From NCBI GenBank assembly GCA_947629135.1, contig CANRCN010000003.1:1-42822 (forward strand): a stretch of DNA of 42,822 nt, read 5' to 3'. A program made the position numbers and the translations under genes. Below, one piece after another: positions 25,761 to 34,720 of this stretch; positions within the stretch are counted from its first letter, which is position 1, and every line of letters begins with the position of its first letter. This DNA comes from an uncultured Bacilli bacterium. Lineage in GTDB: Bacteria > Bacillota_I > Bacilli_A > RF39 > UBA660. The notes beneath the pieces were generated by a model that did no database searches, had not been told where the DNA came from, and was given only the letters and a program-made list of their open reading frames with translations.

Positions 25761-26639
25761 ATGATATTGATGGTAAGTGGTAGAACTGATATTGTAGCTT
25801 TTTACACAGAATGGTTTATGAATAGATATAGGGAAGGTTATGTTGACGTTAGAAATCCTTTTAATCCTAAGTTAGTTAGCCGTATTAATTTTAATAATGT
25901 TGATGCCATCTTGTTTTGTACTAAAAATCCTATTCCAATTTTAAAATATTTAAAAAGAATTGATAAACCAATTATTTTTCATGTTACTTTAACTCCTTAT
26001 AAAGAAGATATTGAACCCAATGTAAAAGGAAAATCTCAAATAGTTGATGATATTAAAGAATTATCGAGGTTGGTTGGAATAGATAATTTATATGTAAGGT
26101 ATGATCCAATTTTAATTAATAAGAAATATAATTTAAATTATCACAAAAGAGCATTTGATAAAATGTGCAATCTATTAGATGGTTATGTAAAACATATAAT
26201 AGTTTCTTTTATAGATGATTATAAAAATGTTAGAAAAAACAAACGTATTTTAGATTATAAAGAATTAGATGAATTTGATTATAAGGAAATAGGAATTAAT
26301 TTTAGTAATAGTGCTAAGATTCATGGAATGACGGTTCAAACTTGTTTTGAAGAAAGAAATTTAGTTGAATATGGTTTTATTAAGGGTGAATGTTTATCAA
26401 GAGAAATGGCTTTTAAATTAACTGGAAAAGTTTTTAAAAAATGGAAAGCCAGAGGTTGTAGTTGCACGGAGATGGTTGATATTGGAGTTTATAATTCTTG
26501 TAAACATTTTTGTAAATATTGTTATGCTAATTATGATGAAGTGAAAGTAAAATCTAATTATTCTAAGCATAATCCTAATTCTTCTTTATTAATTGGAGAG
26601 TTAGAAAGTGATGATATAATTAAGGAAAGAGTAAAATAG
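25761..26639 (+). CDS. DUF1848 family protein (C-terminal CxxxCxxC Fe-S motif)
   Basis: MILMVSGRTDIVAFY..WF, VRNPFN, RYDPI and DIGVYNSCKHFCKYCYAN. Confidence 0.9.
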   Translation: MILMVSGRTDIVAFYTEWFMNRYREGYVDVRNPFNPKLVSRINFNNVDAILFCTKNPIPILKYLKRIDKPIIFHVTLTPYKEDIEPNVKGKSQIVDDIKELSRLVGIDNLYVRYDPILINKKYNLNYHKRAFDKMCNLLDGYVKHIIVSFIDDYKNVRKNKRILDYKELDEFDYKEIGINFSNSAKIHGMTVQTCFEERNLVEYGFIKGECLSREMAFKLTGKVFKKWKARGCSCTEMVDIGVYNSCKHFCKYCYANYDEVKVKSNYSKHNPNSSLLIGELESDDIIKERVK

Positions 26640-26687
26640 TTTATTGATTAATTTAATTTATAATGATATAGTTATATTGGGAGATTT

Positions 26688-27143
26688 ATGAAAAAAATAT
26701 TAATAGTAATAATTAGTTTAATTTTAATTATAAGTATTATTTTAGTAATTATTTTTAATAAAAAAGGAGAGTCTATGGAAAAAATTAAGTTAGTTGTTAA
26801 TAATCAAGAATTTATAATTAAATTAGAAGATAATTCTTCAAGTAGAGCATTTTTAGAAAAATTAAAAAATAATGATATTATAGTAAATGCACATGATTAT
26901 GGTAATTTTGAAAAAGTAGGAGATTTAGGATTTAGCTTGCCTACTAATGATACTAAAATAACAACTAAACCAGGTGATTTGATATTATATCAAGGAAATC
27001 AGATAACTTTATATTATGATACAAATACATGGGAATTTACAAAACTTGGTGAGATAGAAAATATCGATGAAGATTCTTTAAAAAGTGTATTAGGAAATGA
27101 TGATGTTACTTTATTATTTAAGGTATATAAAGGAGATGAGTAA
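26688..27143 (+). CDS. Cyclophilin-like fold protein with an N-terminal TM
   Basis: LEDNSS, DYGNFEKVG.L...LP, GDLILYQGNQITLYY and TKLG motifs. Confidence 0.8.
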   Translation: MKKILIVIISLILIISIILVIIFNKKGESMEKIKLVVNNQEFIIKLEDNSSSRAFLEKLKNNDIIVNAHDYGNFEKVGDLGFSLPTNDTKITTKPGDLILYQGNQITLYYDTNTWEFTKLGEIENIDEDSLKSVLGNDDVTLLFKVYKGDE

Positions 27144-27788
27144 ATGAAATTATATTTATCATCATATAGAATTGGCAATAAAAGTGAAGAGTTAATAAAT
27201 TGGATAAAAGAACATGGTAATAAAATATTAATTATTCCTAATGCTTTAGATATATATTTAGATTCTAAAAGAAAAAATGATGGTATTTTAGAAAAGTGTC
27301 AGGATTTAGAAAATATAGGTTTTAAAGTAGAGATATTAGATTTAAGAAATTATTTTTCTAATAATGATTTATTAAGAGAAAAATTAGAAGAATATAGAGC
27401 TTTTTATGTTTTAGGTGGTAATGTTTTTGTTTTAAGACAAGCTATGTTTTTAAGTGGATTTGATAAATATTTAAAAGAAATAAGTGATAAGAAAGATTAT
27501 TTGTATGCAGGCTTTAGTGCTGGAGTATGTGTGTTAGCTTCTGATTTACATGGTTTTGAATTAGTTGATAATCAATCAGAAGATCCTTATAATTATGGTA
27601 AAACAATTTGGACAGGGATAGGTTTAATCGATTATAATATTGTACCTCATTTTGATACCCCTAGCCATCCTGAATCTCCTTTGATGTATAGTTTAGTTAG
27701 TTATTTAGAAAAAGAAAATAAAAAGTATAAAACTTTAAGGGATGGAGAAGTAATTATTTCAGATATTACTTATGATAAAATAATTTAG
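27144..27788 (+). CDS. Peptidase S51 / class I glutamine amidotransferase-like protein
   Basis: GGNVF.L, YAGFSAG (nucleophile Ser), VPHF and LRDGE. Confidence 0.85.
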   Translation: MKLYLSSYRIGNKSEELINWIKEHGNKILIIPNALDIYLDSKRKNDGILEKCQDLENIGFKVEILDLRNYFSNNDLLREKLEEYRAFYVLGGNVFVLRQAMFLSGFDKYLKEISDKKDYLYAGFSAGVCVLASDLHGFELVDNQSEDPYNYGKTIWTGIGLIDYNIVPHFDTPSHPESPLMYSLVSYLEKENKKYKTLRDGEVIISDITYDKII

Positions 27789-27795
27789 AGGTGTT

Positions 27796-28464
27796 ATGAA
27801 AAAATATTATTTATATGAAATGAAGGGAATGTTTTTACAAGTATTTTCAATTATAATTTTTATTTTTATGGGATTGTTAACATATTTTTTATGTAATGAT
27901 TTTAAGATAACTTATAATGATTTTATTATTATTTTTCTTTTGATGTTACCTTATTTAATATTACATGAGATATTACATAGTATTTCTTATGTAGTAAATG
28001 GAGCAAAGTTCAAAAATATTACTTATGGAGTTCATATTGAAAAAGGAATACTTTGTTGCTTATGTAAGCAAAATATTAGTAAACGAAATATTTTAATTTC
28101 TTTAATAACCCCTTTTGTAGTAATTGGAGTTATAACTTATATAATTGGAATAATTTTAAATAATTCTATATTAATTTCTTTATCTATTATAAATATATCA
28201 GGTTGTTCTGGAGATTTAGTCATGTTTTTTGATTTTTTAAGACTTAAAGATTTTCAATATTCAGAGTATGATAATCCTATGGCTTTTGGTATTTATACTA
28301 AGAATGATTTAAGTAAAAAAGAAATGTTTGGATTGAAAAATCTTGGAAGTTGTATGAAGTTAGAAATAAAAGATTTAAAGAAAATTAAAGTTAGTAAATT
28401 AAGTATTGTTTTTTTAATTATTTATTATTTAACAGGTATTATGAATTTATTATTAATTAAATAA
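27796..28464 (+). CDS. DUF3267 family putative membrane metalloprotease
   Basis: LHEILH (HExxH) next to a TM helix; TPF; N..G..GD. Confidence 0.8.
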   Translation: MKKYYLYEMKGMFLQVFSIIIFIFMGLLTYFLCNDFKITYNDFIIIFLLMLPYLILHEILHSISYVVNGAKFKNITYGVHIEKGILCCLCKQNISKRNILISLITPFVVIGVITYIIGIILNNSILISLSIINISGCSGDLVMFFDFLRLKDFQYSEYDNPMAFGIYTKNDLSKKEMFGLKNLGSCMKLEIKDLKKIKVSKLSIVFLIIYYLTGIMNLLLIK

Positions 28465-28531
28465 CTCTACACTTCGTTTGGTAAATAATTTTAATTTTAG
28501 ATTATAATTATTCTACGAAAGGAGAAAGTTT

Positions 28532-29395
28532 ATGGAACAAGATAAGATAGGTAGGTTTATTCAAAGTTTGAGAAAAGAAAAGAATTTAACTCAACAAGAA
28601 CTTGCTGATATAATTGGAGTAACGGATAGAGCTATTTCTAAATGGGAAAATGGAAGAGGATTACCTGATTATTCTTTACTTAGACCTTTAAGTGATGCTT
28701 TAGGAATAAGTATAAATGAATTATTAAATGGAGAAAGAATAAAGAAAGAAGAGAAAGAAAAAAGGTATGAAGATACAATTATTAATACAATTCGTTATAG
28801 TAAAAAGAAAATTAAAAATACTAAGTTGATTTTTGGAGTTATATTGAGTTTAATAATTATTTTTCTTATAACTTTAATAACTTTATTTGGAATAGATATA
28901 ACTAGAATGAGAAATAATAAACCTGTTTTTTTTAGTACATGGGGATTTAAATATGCACCACCTATAAATATAGATGATATTAATATTGAAAAAGCAATTG
29001 AAGAATATTTAATAGAAAAAGATGAAAAAAATAATCATTATAATAATGAGAAATCTTTTGTTGCAATGAGAACCTATTTAATAAAAGAAGATTTAAAAGA
29101 TAAATATTATGTTTATTCATGGATATTACAGGAAAAATATTATCAAGATGGCGAAAAAATAATTAAAGATACAGGCTCATCTATTCCTTATAAGTTTGAA
29201 TTAATAAAAATAGATAATGAGTTTTTGGTAAATGATTATACAATTCCAAGAGATGGTAGTTATTATACTAGAGATATGAAATCTATATTTCCAAGTAGTG
29301 TCTTAAAAGATATGAATAACATTCATACTGATGGAACAATTGAAAGATTAGCTTCTAAGATAAATGATGAAGTAAAATTATATTTTCATGAATAA
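28532..29395 (+). CDS. XRE-family HTH regulator with a TM helix and a C-terminal extracytoplasmic domain
   Basis: LRKEKNLTQQELA..IGVTDRAISKWENGRGLPD; TM at about residues 100-120. Confidence 0.88.
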   Translation: MEQDKIGRFIQSLRKEKNLTQQELADIIGVTDRAISKWENGRGLPDYSLLRPLSDALGISINELLNGERIKKEEKEKRYEDTIINTIRYSKKKIKNTKLIFGVILSLIIIFLITLITLFGIDITRMRNNKPVFFSTWGFKYAPPINIDDINIEKAIEEYLIEKDEKNNHYNNEKSFVAMRTYLIKEDLKDKYYVYSWILQEKYYQDGEKIIKDTGSSIPYKFELIKIDNEFLVNDYTIPRDGSYYTRDMKSIFPSSVLKDMNNIHTDGTIERLASKINDEVKLYFHE

Positions 29396-29460
29396 TTATT
29401 TGGATATTATTGACTTCAAATTAAAAAAAAGTTATACTGAAATAAAGGAGAAGATATAAA

Positions 29461-30105
29461 ATGAATTTGGATTGTTATAATGATATTATAAAGCAAAACT
29501 TTGAGATAACAAGTTATAATCAATTTAATTATAATGAATACTTTACAAAAACATTTATATATAATTTTTTAAAGAAAAAGTTTCCTAATATGAGAAGAGT
29601 TTTAGAACCAAGATCTCCAAGAAGTTATGAAAATGATGGAAAAATTTATTCTGTAAAAAATGTTGCTAGAGGAAGAGTTGTAATTGAAACTAATGATGGA
29701 CAATATGTAAGTAAACTTATATTTAGTCCTGAAAATCCTTATTCACCAATTAGTTATACTATTAATGAAAAAGGACTTATTGTTGAAAAACATGATTATT
29801 ATGGTGTTGAGAGATGCACAATTGAATATTATGATCGAGCAGCAACAGATTTTATTTTAAATGGTGTAGATGCAAATATGTTTTTAGAAGGAATTGTTGA
29901 AGGAAAAATTAGCCTTGAAAGAATTTTAAATGATGAGAGTCTTAATCCAGATGCAAAAATGAGAATAAAAAGAGTTGCTGGAGATAAGTTTGCTTTGGTG
30001 GATACAGAAAATAATGCTATATCTGAATGTGATTCACCTTATTTACCTGGTTCAGAAATAGAAGAATGTGTTGATAGTATGGTAGAACATAGTAAAATAA
30101 GATAA
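29461..30105 (+). CDS. Hypothetical soluble protein
   Basis: 214-aa ORF; own promoter TTGACT(29410)-N17-TATACT(29433), SD AAAGGAG and terminator at about 30115-30141. Confidence 0.75.
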   Translation: MNLDCYNDIIKQNFEITSYNQFNYNEYFTKTFIYNFLKKKFPNMRRVLEPRSPRSYENDGKIYSVKNVARGRVVIETNDGQYVSKLIFSPENPYSPISYTINEKGLIVEKHDYYGVERCTIEYYDRAATDFILNGVDANMFLEGIVEGKISLERILNDESLNPDAKMRIKRVAGDKFALVDTENNAISECDSPYLPGSEIEECVDSMVEHSKIR

Positions 30106-30341
30106 AAATAAGTTAACAAGTATTTTAATGCTTGTTTTTTTGTTTTAATTTTATATTAAAAATAGCAAAAAAATTAATAATTTTTTTTAGAAAATAAAAG
30201 TGATTATAGTAATAAATATTTTTTTAAATAAAAAAATAATAAAAAAGTGTCAAGTACAGCAAAGATACAAATTATATTATAAATAAAAGAAATACAAATA
30301 ATGACTATTGATTTATTAAGAAAAATAATGAAATTTAAGAT

Positions 30342-30356
30342 ACAAAAAATGTGGTG
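30342..30356. promoter_or_regulatory. Possible degenerate NrdR box
   Basis: ACAAAAAATGTGGTG resembles acaCwAtATaTwGtg, upstream of nrdD; several mismatches. Confidence 0.3.
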
Positions 30357-30396
30357 AAATTTTCAAAAAAAAATTAATTTGTAAAAATTTTTAAAA

Positions 30397-30439
30397 TGTT
30401 GCAATTGCAACAATACTAAGTTCTAGAATTTGTTATAAT
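30397..30439 (+). promoter_or_regulatory. nrdDG promoter: perfect 16-bp palindrome plus extended -10
   Basis: TGTTGCAATTGCAACA (30397-30412); TGtTATAAT (30431-30439). Confidence 0.55.
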
Positions 30440-30470
30440 GGATTTATCGTAAGAGGTAGGAGGAAGTAAT

Positions 30471-32663
30471 ATGAAAATAATTAAACGTGATGGTAAATTC
30501 GTCGATTTCGAACCTGAAAAAATCGTAAATGCCATAGAAAAAGCTAATGCAGAAGTTGATGAGGAAGAGAGAGTATCCGATATTCAAATTAGAAATATCG
30601 TTAAATATATTGAAAAATTAGGAAAAAAGAGAATATTAGTTGAAGATATTCAAGATATAATAGAAAAAAGAATCATGGCTCTTGGTAAATATGAACTTGC
30701 TAAGAAATATATTACTTATAGATATACAAGAGAACTAGTAAGAAAGAGTAATACAACTGATAGAACTATCAAAGAGTTAATTGATGGTGAATCTGAATAC
30801 TGGAATACTGAGAATTCAAATAAGAATGCTAAGATTGTTACAGTTCAAAGAGATTATCTTGCTGGTATTACAAGTTCTGATATTACTAGAAGATTCTTAT
30901 TACCAGAAGATATAGTAACAGCTCATGATTCTGGAATTATTCATTTTCACGATGCTGATTATTTTGCTCAAAATGCTCTTCATAATTGTGATCTTATTAA
31001 TCTTGAAGATATGCTTCAAAACGGAACTAATATAAATGGAGTAATGATTGAAAAACCTCATAGATTTTTAACAGCTATGACAATTGCAACTCAATTAATT
31101 ACAGCTGTTTCATCTAGTCAATATGGAGGATGTACAATTTCTCTTACTCACTTAGCTCCTTTTGTAAGAGATAGTTATAATACATATTTAGAAAAGTATA
31201 AAAAACGTAAATTTAAAAAAGAAGATTGTGAAAAGTATGCTAAAGATGATTTAAGAAAAGAAATAATTGATGGAGTGCAAACATTCCAATATCAAATTAA
31301 TTCAATGACAACAACAAATGGACAAGCACCTTTCTTAAGTGTTAATATGTATCTTGGAGAAACTGAAGAATATAAAGAAGAACTTGCTATGATTATAGAA
31401 GAAGTATTAAAACAAAGAATTCAAGGTATGAAGAATGAAAAAGGTGTTTATATTACACCTGCTTTTCCTAAACTTTTATATGTTTTAGAAGAAGATAACA
31501 TTCATAAAAATAGTAAGTATTATTATTTAACAGAACTTGCTGCTAAATGTACTGCTAAGAGAATGGTTCCTGATTATATATCAGAAAAAGTAATGAAAGA
31601 ATTAAAGAAAAATGAATATGGAGAAGGAGAATGCTATCCTTGTATGGGATGTAGGAGTTTCTTAACACCAGATAGATCTATTTCTTTAGGAAATATTGCT
31701 AAAGCTAAAAATTATGTAGAAGGAAAAGGTAAATATTATGGTAGATTTAATCAAGGTGTTGTAACTATAAATCTTCCTGATGTTGCATTATCTTCTGAAA
31801 AAGATATGGATAGATTCTATGAAATATTAGATGAAAGACTAGAACTTTGTCATAGAGCTTTAAAGATTAGACATGAAAGATTAAGCCATGCTTTAAGTGA
31901 TGTTGCTCCTATTTTATGGCAACATGGAGCTTTAGCAAGACTTGAGAAGGGTGAATCAATTCATGAACTTTTACATCATGGTTATTCAACTATTTCTCTT
32001 GGATATGCTGGTTTATATGAATGTGTTAAATATATGACAGGACATTCTCATACAGATGGTGGTAAAGGACACGACTTTGCAATTGATGTAATGGAAAGAT
32101 TAAATGCAGCTTGTAAAAAGTGGAAAGAAGAAGAGGATATTGATTATTCAGTATATGGTACTCCAATTGAATCAACAACTTATAAGTTTGCTAAAAAATT
32201 AAAAGAGAGATTTGGTGTAATCAATGGTATTACCGATAGAGATTATATTACTAATTCTTATCATGTTCCTGTATTTGAAGAGATTGATGCTTTTGAAAAA
32301 TTAAGACTTGAAAGTGAATTCCAAAAGTTATCACCAGGTGGAGCCATTTCTTATGTTGAAACTCCTAATTTACAAAATAATATTCCAGCTGTTCTTGAAA
32401 TAATTAACTTTATATATGATAACATTATGTATGCTGAACTTAATACAAAGAGTGATTATTGCCAAGCTTGTGGATATGATGGAGAAATTTTACTTGATGA
32501 TAATTTAGAATGGTATTGTCCAAACTGTGGTAATCGTGATCATGATACATTAAATGTTGCAAGAAGAACTTGTGGTTATATTGGAACTAATTTCTGGAAT
32601 AAAGGTAGAACTCAAGAAATTAAAGAAAGAGTTTTACACGTAGATAATAAAGTTGATGAATAG
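30471..32663 (+). CDS. nrdD: Anaerobic (class III) ribonucleoside-triphosphate reductase with an ATP cone
   Basis: IIKRDG ATP cone, IHFHD, MGCRSFL, Zn site CxxC...CPNCG and RRTCGY glycyl-radical loop. Confidence 0.98.
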   Translation: MKIIKRDGKFVDFEPEKIVNAIEKANAEVDEEERVSDIQIRNIVKYIEKLGKKRILVEDIQDIIEKRIMALGKYELAKKYITYRYTRELVRKSNTTDRTIKELIDGESEYWNTENSNKNAKIVTVQRDYLAGITSSDITRRFLLPEDIVTAHDSGIIHFHDADYFAQNALHNCDLINLEDMLQNGTNINGVMIEKPHRFLTAMTIATQLITAVSSSQYGGCTISLTHLAPFVRDSYNTYLEKYKKRKFKKEDCEKYAKDDLRKEIIDGVQTFQYQINSMTTTNGQAPFLSVNMYLGETEEYKEELAMIIEEVLKQRIQGMKNEKGVYITPAFPKLLYVLEEDNIHKNSKYYYLTELAAKCTAKRMVPDYISEKVMKELKKNEYGEGECYPCMGCRSFLTPDRSISLGNIAKAKNYVEGKGKYYGRFNQGVVTINLPDVALSSEKDMDRFYEILDERLELCHRALKIRHERLSHALSDVAPILWQHGALARLEKGESIHELLHHGYSTISLGYAGLYECVKYMTGHSHTDGGKGHDFAIDVMERLNAACKKWKEEEDIDYSVYGTPIESTTYKFAKKLKERFGVINGITDRDYITNSYHVPVFEEIDAFEKLRLESEFQKLSPGGAISYVETPNLQNNIPAVLEIINFIYDNIMYAELNTKSDYCQACGYDGEILLDDNLEWYCPNCGNRDHDTLNVARRTCGYIGTNFWNKGRTQEIKERVLHVDNKVDE

Positions 32664-32672
32664 GATTTAGAT

Positions 32673-33179
32673 ATGCATTATAATTTAATCAGAAAAATGG
32701 ACATTGCAGATGGTCCAGGGGTTAGGGTTTCAGTTTTCATGCAAGGTTGTGAATTTCATTGTAAGAATTGTTTTAATAAAGAAACATGGAGTTTTGATAA
32801 AGGTAAAGAATTTACTGATGATGTTATTGCAAGAGTTTTAGAACTTGCAGCACCAGAATACATTCAAGGTTTATCTATTCTTGGAGGAGAACCACTTCAT
32901 CCAAAAAATATAGAAGGAACAATTAAATTAGCTCGTGCCTTTAGAGAAAAATATCCAAGCAAAGATATTTGGATATGGACAGGTTTTCTTTATGAAAATA
33001 TAGTTAATAAAGATATCTTAAATTATGTTGATGTAATAGTAGATGGACAATATCAAGAGGAATTACATGATTTTAGATTACAATATAGAGGATCATCTAA
33101 TCAAAGAGTTATAGATGTTAAAAAGAGTGTTAAGAAAGATAAGATTTGTTTGATAGATGAAGCAATGCAAATATCATAG
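32673..33179 (+). CDS. nrdG: Anaerobic RNR activating radical SAM protein
   Basis: DGPGVRVS, GCEFHCKNC, LGGEP and RGSSNQRVID. Confidence 0.97.
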   Translation: MHYNLIRKMDIADGPGVRVSVFMQGCEFHCKNCFNKETWSFDKGKEFTDDVIARVLELAAPEYIQGLSILGGEPLHPKNIEGTIKLARAFREKYPSKDIWIWTGFLYENIVNKDILNYVDVIVDGQYQEELHDFRLQYRGSSNQRVIDVKKSVKKDKICLIDEAMQIS

Positions 33180-33207
33180 ATTAGTATAGAAATATGCTAA
33201 TCTTTTT
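33178..33207 (+). terminator. Intrinsic terminator after nrdG
   Basis: AGATTAGTAT-agaa-ATATGCTAATCT plus T tract. Confidence 0.65.
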
Positions 33208-33217
33208 ATATTAGAAT

Positions 33218-33329
33218 TATCTAAACTCCAAAAAAATACGAAATATATTGATTTTTTTGGAGTTATGGATATTTTTTTACAAGTTATCAACCATTTTCGG
33301 GCAAAAATATCCAAAAAGTGGTCGATAAC
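33218..33329. repeat. Interlocked inverted repeats upstream of the COG1373 ATPase
   Basis: AACTCCAAAAAAAT(33224-33237)/ATTTTTTTGGAGTT(33251-33264); GTTATCAACCATTTT/AAAAGTGGTCGATAAC; TGGATATTTTT/AAAAATATCCA. Confidence 0.7.
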
Positions 33330-33331
33330 GG

Positions 33332-33360
33332 TTGACTTTTGCTTATATATGCCATATAAT
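33332..33360 (+). promoter_or_regulatory. Sigma-A promoter of the AAA ATPase gene
   Basis: TTGACT-N17-TATAAT. Confidence 0.7.
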
Positions 33361-33375
33361 TTAATTGGTGATTAA

Positions 33376-34608
33376 ATGGAAAAGCTATATAAAAGAGAAG
33401 ATTACTTAAATAAAATAAGAGGTTTTTATGATGATACCATGATTAAAGTAATTACAGGTATTCGAAGATGTGGTAAATCTTATTTCTTAAAAACAGTAAT
33501 TGAAGAGTTAAAAGATAAAGGTATTAAAGATAAGGATATTATTTATATTGAATTGGATAGAAAAGAATATAAAGATATTGAAACTCCTTCTGAATTAGAA
33601 AAAATGATAGATAGTATGATCAAAGATAAAGATTTTAAATATTTATTTATTGATGAAATAGAAAATGTGAAGGGATTTGAAACTTTAATAAATTCTTATC
33701 GTGAAACTAATAATTATTCTATTTTCTTAACAGGATCTAATTCTTATTTGCTATCTGGAGAATTAATTACTAAACTTACAGGTAGGTATATTGAAATAGA
33801 GATGTTACCTCTTAACTTTTATGAATATGTTGATATGAAAAGATTCTTAGATAAAGAAGTTAATATTAATATTTATCTTGAATTTGAAGAATTTATCCGA
33901 AATGGTGGATTTCCTGGCTCTTTAAAATATGATTCTTATGAAGATAAATTATTATATACTAGAAATGTAATTGAGCAAATATTTGATAAAGATATAAAAG
34001 AGCATAAAAAGATCAAAGATAAAGCTTTATTTGAAGTAATTGAAAAGTTTGTAGTTAATAACTTTGGAAATATAATATCAGTTGGGAATATCTATGATTA
34101 TTTGATGAAAGAAAAAATAAATGTTGATAGAAGAACTATAAAAACATATATAGAAATATTAGAAAATGCTAAGATAATTTATCCATGTGAATTATTTGAT
34201 ATTAAGTCTAAGAAAGCTTTAGATAAATATAAAAAATATTACTTAGCTGACTTAAGCATTTATTTTGCTTTAAATACTGACAATAGAATTAATTATGGAC
34301 CAGTTTTAGAAAATGTTTTGTTTTCATATTTGAAAAGTAAAAATTATAGTTTAAGTGTTGGTAGAATTGGTGATTTAGAATGCGATTTTATAGCTAGAAG
34401 AGGAATTGATGAATATTTCTATATTCAAGTTACTAAGAATATTGATGATGAAAAAACAAAAGAAAGAGAATATAAACCTTTTTATACGATTAGGGAATTA
34501 TATCCTAGATATTTATTTGTTTCAGATTTAATATTAAAAAGAAATATAGATGGTATTAATAATGTTAATATAGTTGATTTTATTTATAATAAGGAAGATT
34601 TAAAATAA
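33376..34608 (+). CDS. AAA_14 ATPase with a DUF4143 C-terminal domain (COG1373)
   Basis: ITGIRRCGKS, FIDEIE, TGSNS, LTGRY, GGFP, KYYLAD, LEN and ECDFIA...YIQV. Confidence 0.92.
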   Translation: MEKLYKREDYLNKIRGFYDDTMIKVITGIRRCGKSYFLKTVIEELKDKGIKDKDIIYIELDRKEYKDIETPSELEKMIDSMIKDKDFKYLFIDEIENVKGFETLINSYRETNNYSIFLTGSNSYLLSGELITKLTGRYIEIEMLPLNFYEYVDMKRFLDKEVNINIYLEFEEFIRNGGFPGSLKYDSYEDKLLYTRNVIEQIFDKDIKEHKKIKDKALFEVIEKFVVNNFGNIISVGNIYDYLMKEKINVDRRTIKTYIEILENAKIIYPCELFDIKSKKALDKYKKYYLADLSIYFALNTDNRINYGPVLENVLFSYLKSKNYSLSVGRIGDLECDFIARRGIDEYFYIQVTKNIDDEKTKEREYKPFYTIRELYPRYLFVSDLILKRNIDGINNVNIVDFIYNKEDLK

Positions 34609-34720
34609 ATAATTATATATTGGATTAGTTTATCTAATCTTTTTCTTTACCAAAAAAACATTAATATTTCATAATTTATTCACAAAACTCTGATAAGATT
34701 TTAAAGGAAAGGAAGAGATT

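Noticed and set aside
24563-30105. Run of short co-oriented accessory genes suggesting an integron array or prophage
   Set aside because: No attC-like repeats, integrase or phage genes; several genes have their own promoters
30225-30253. TTGACA on the minus strand upstream of nrdD
   Set aside because: No -10 element at 16-18 nt spacing
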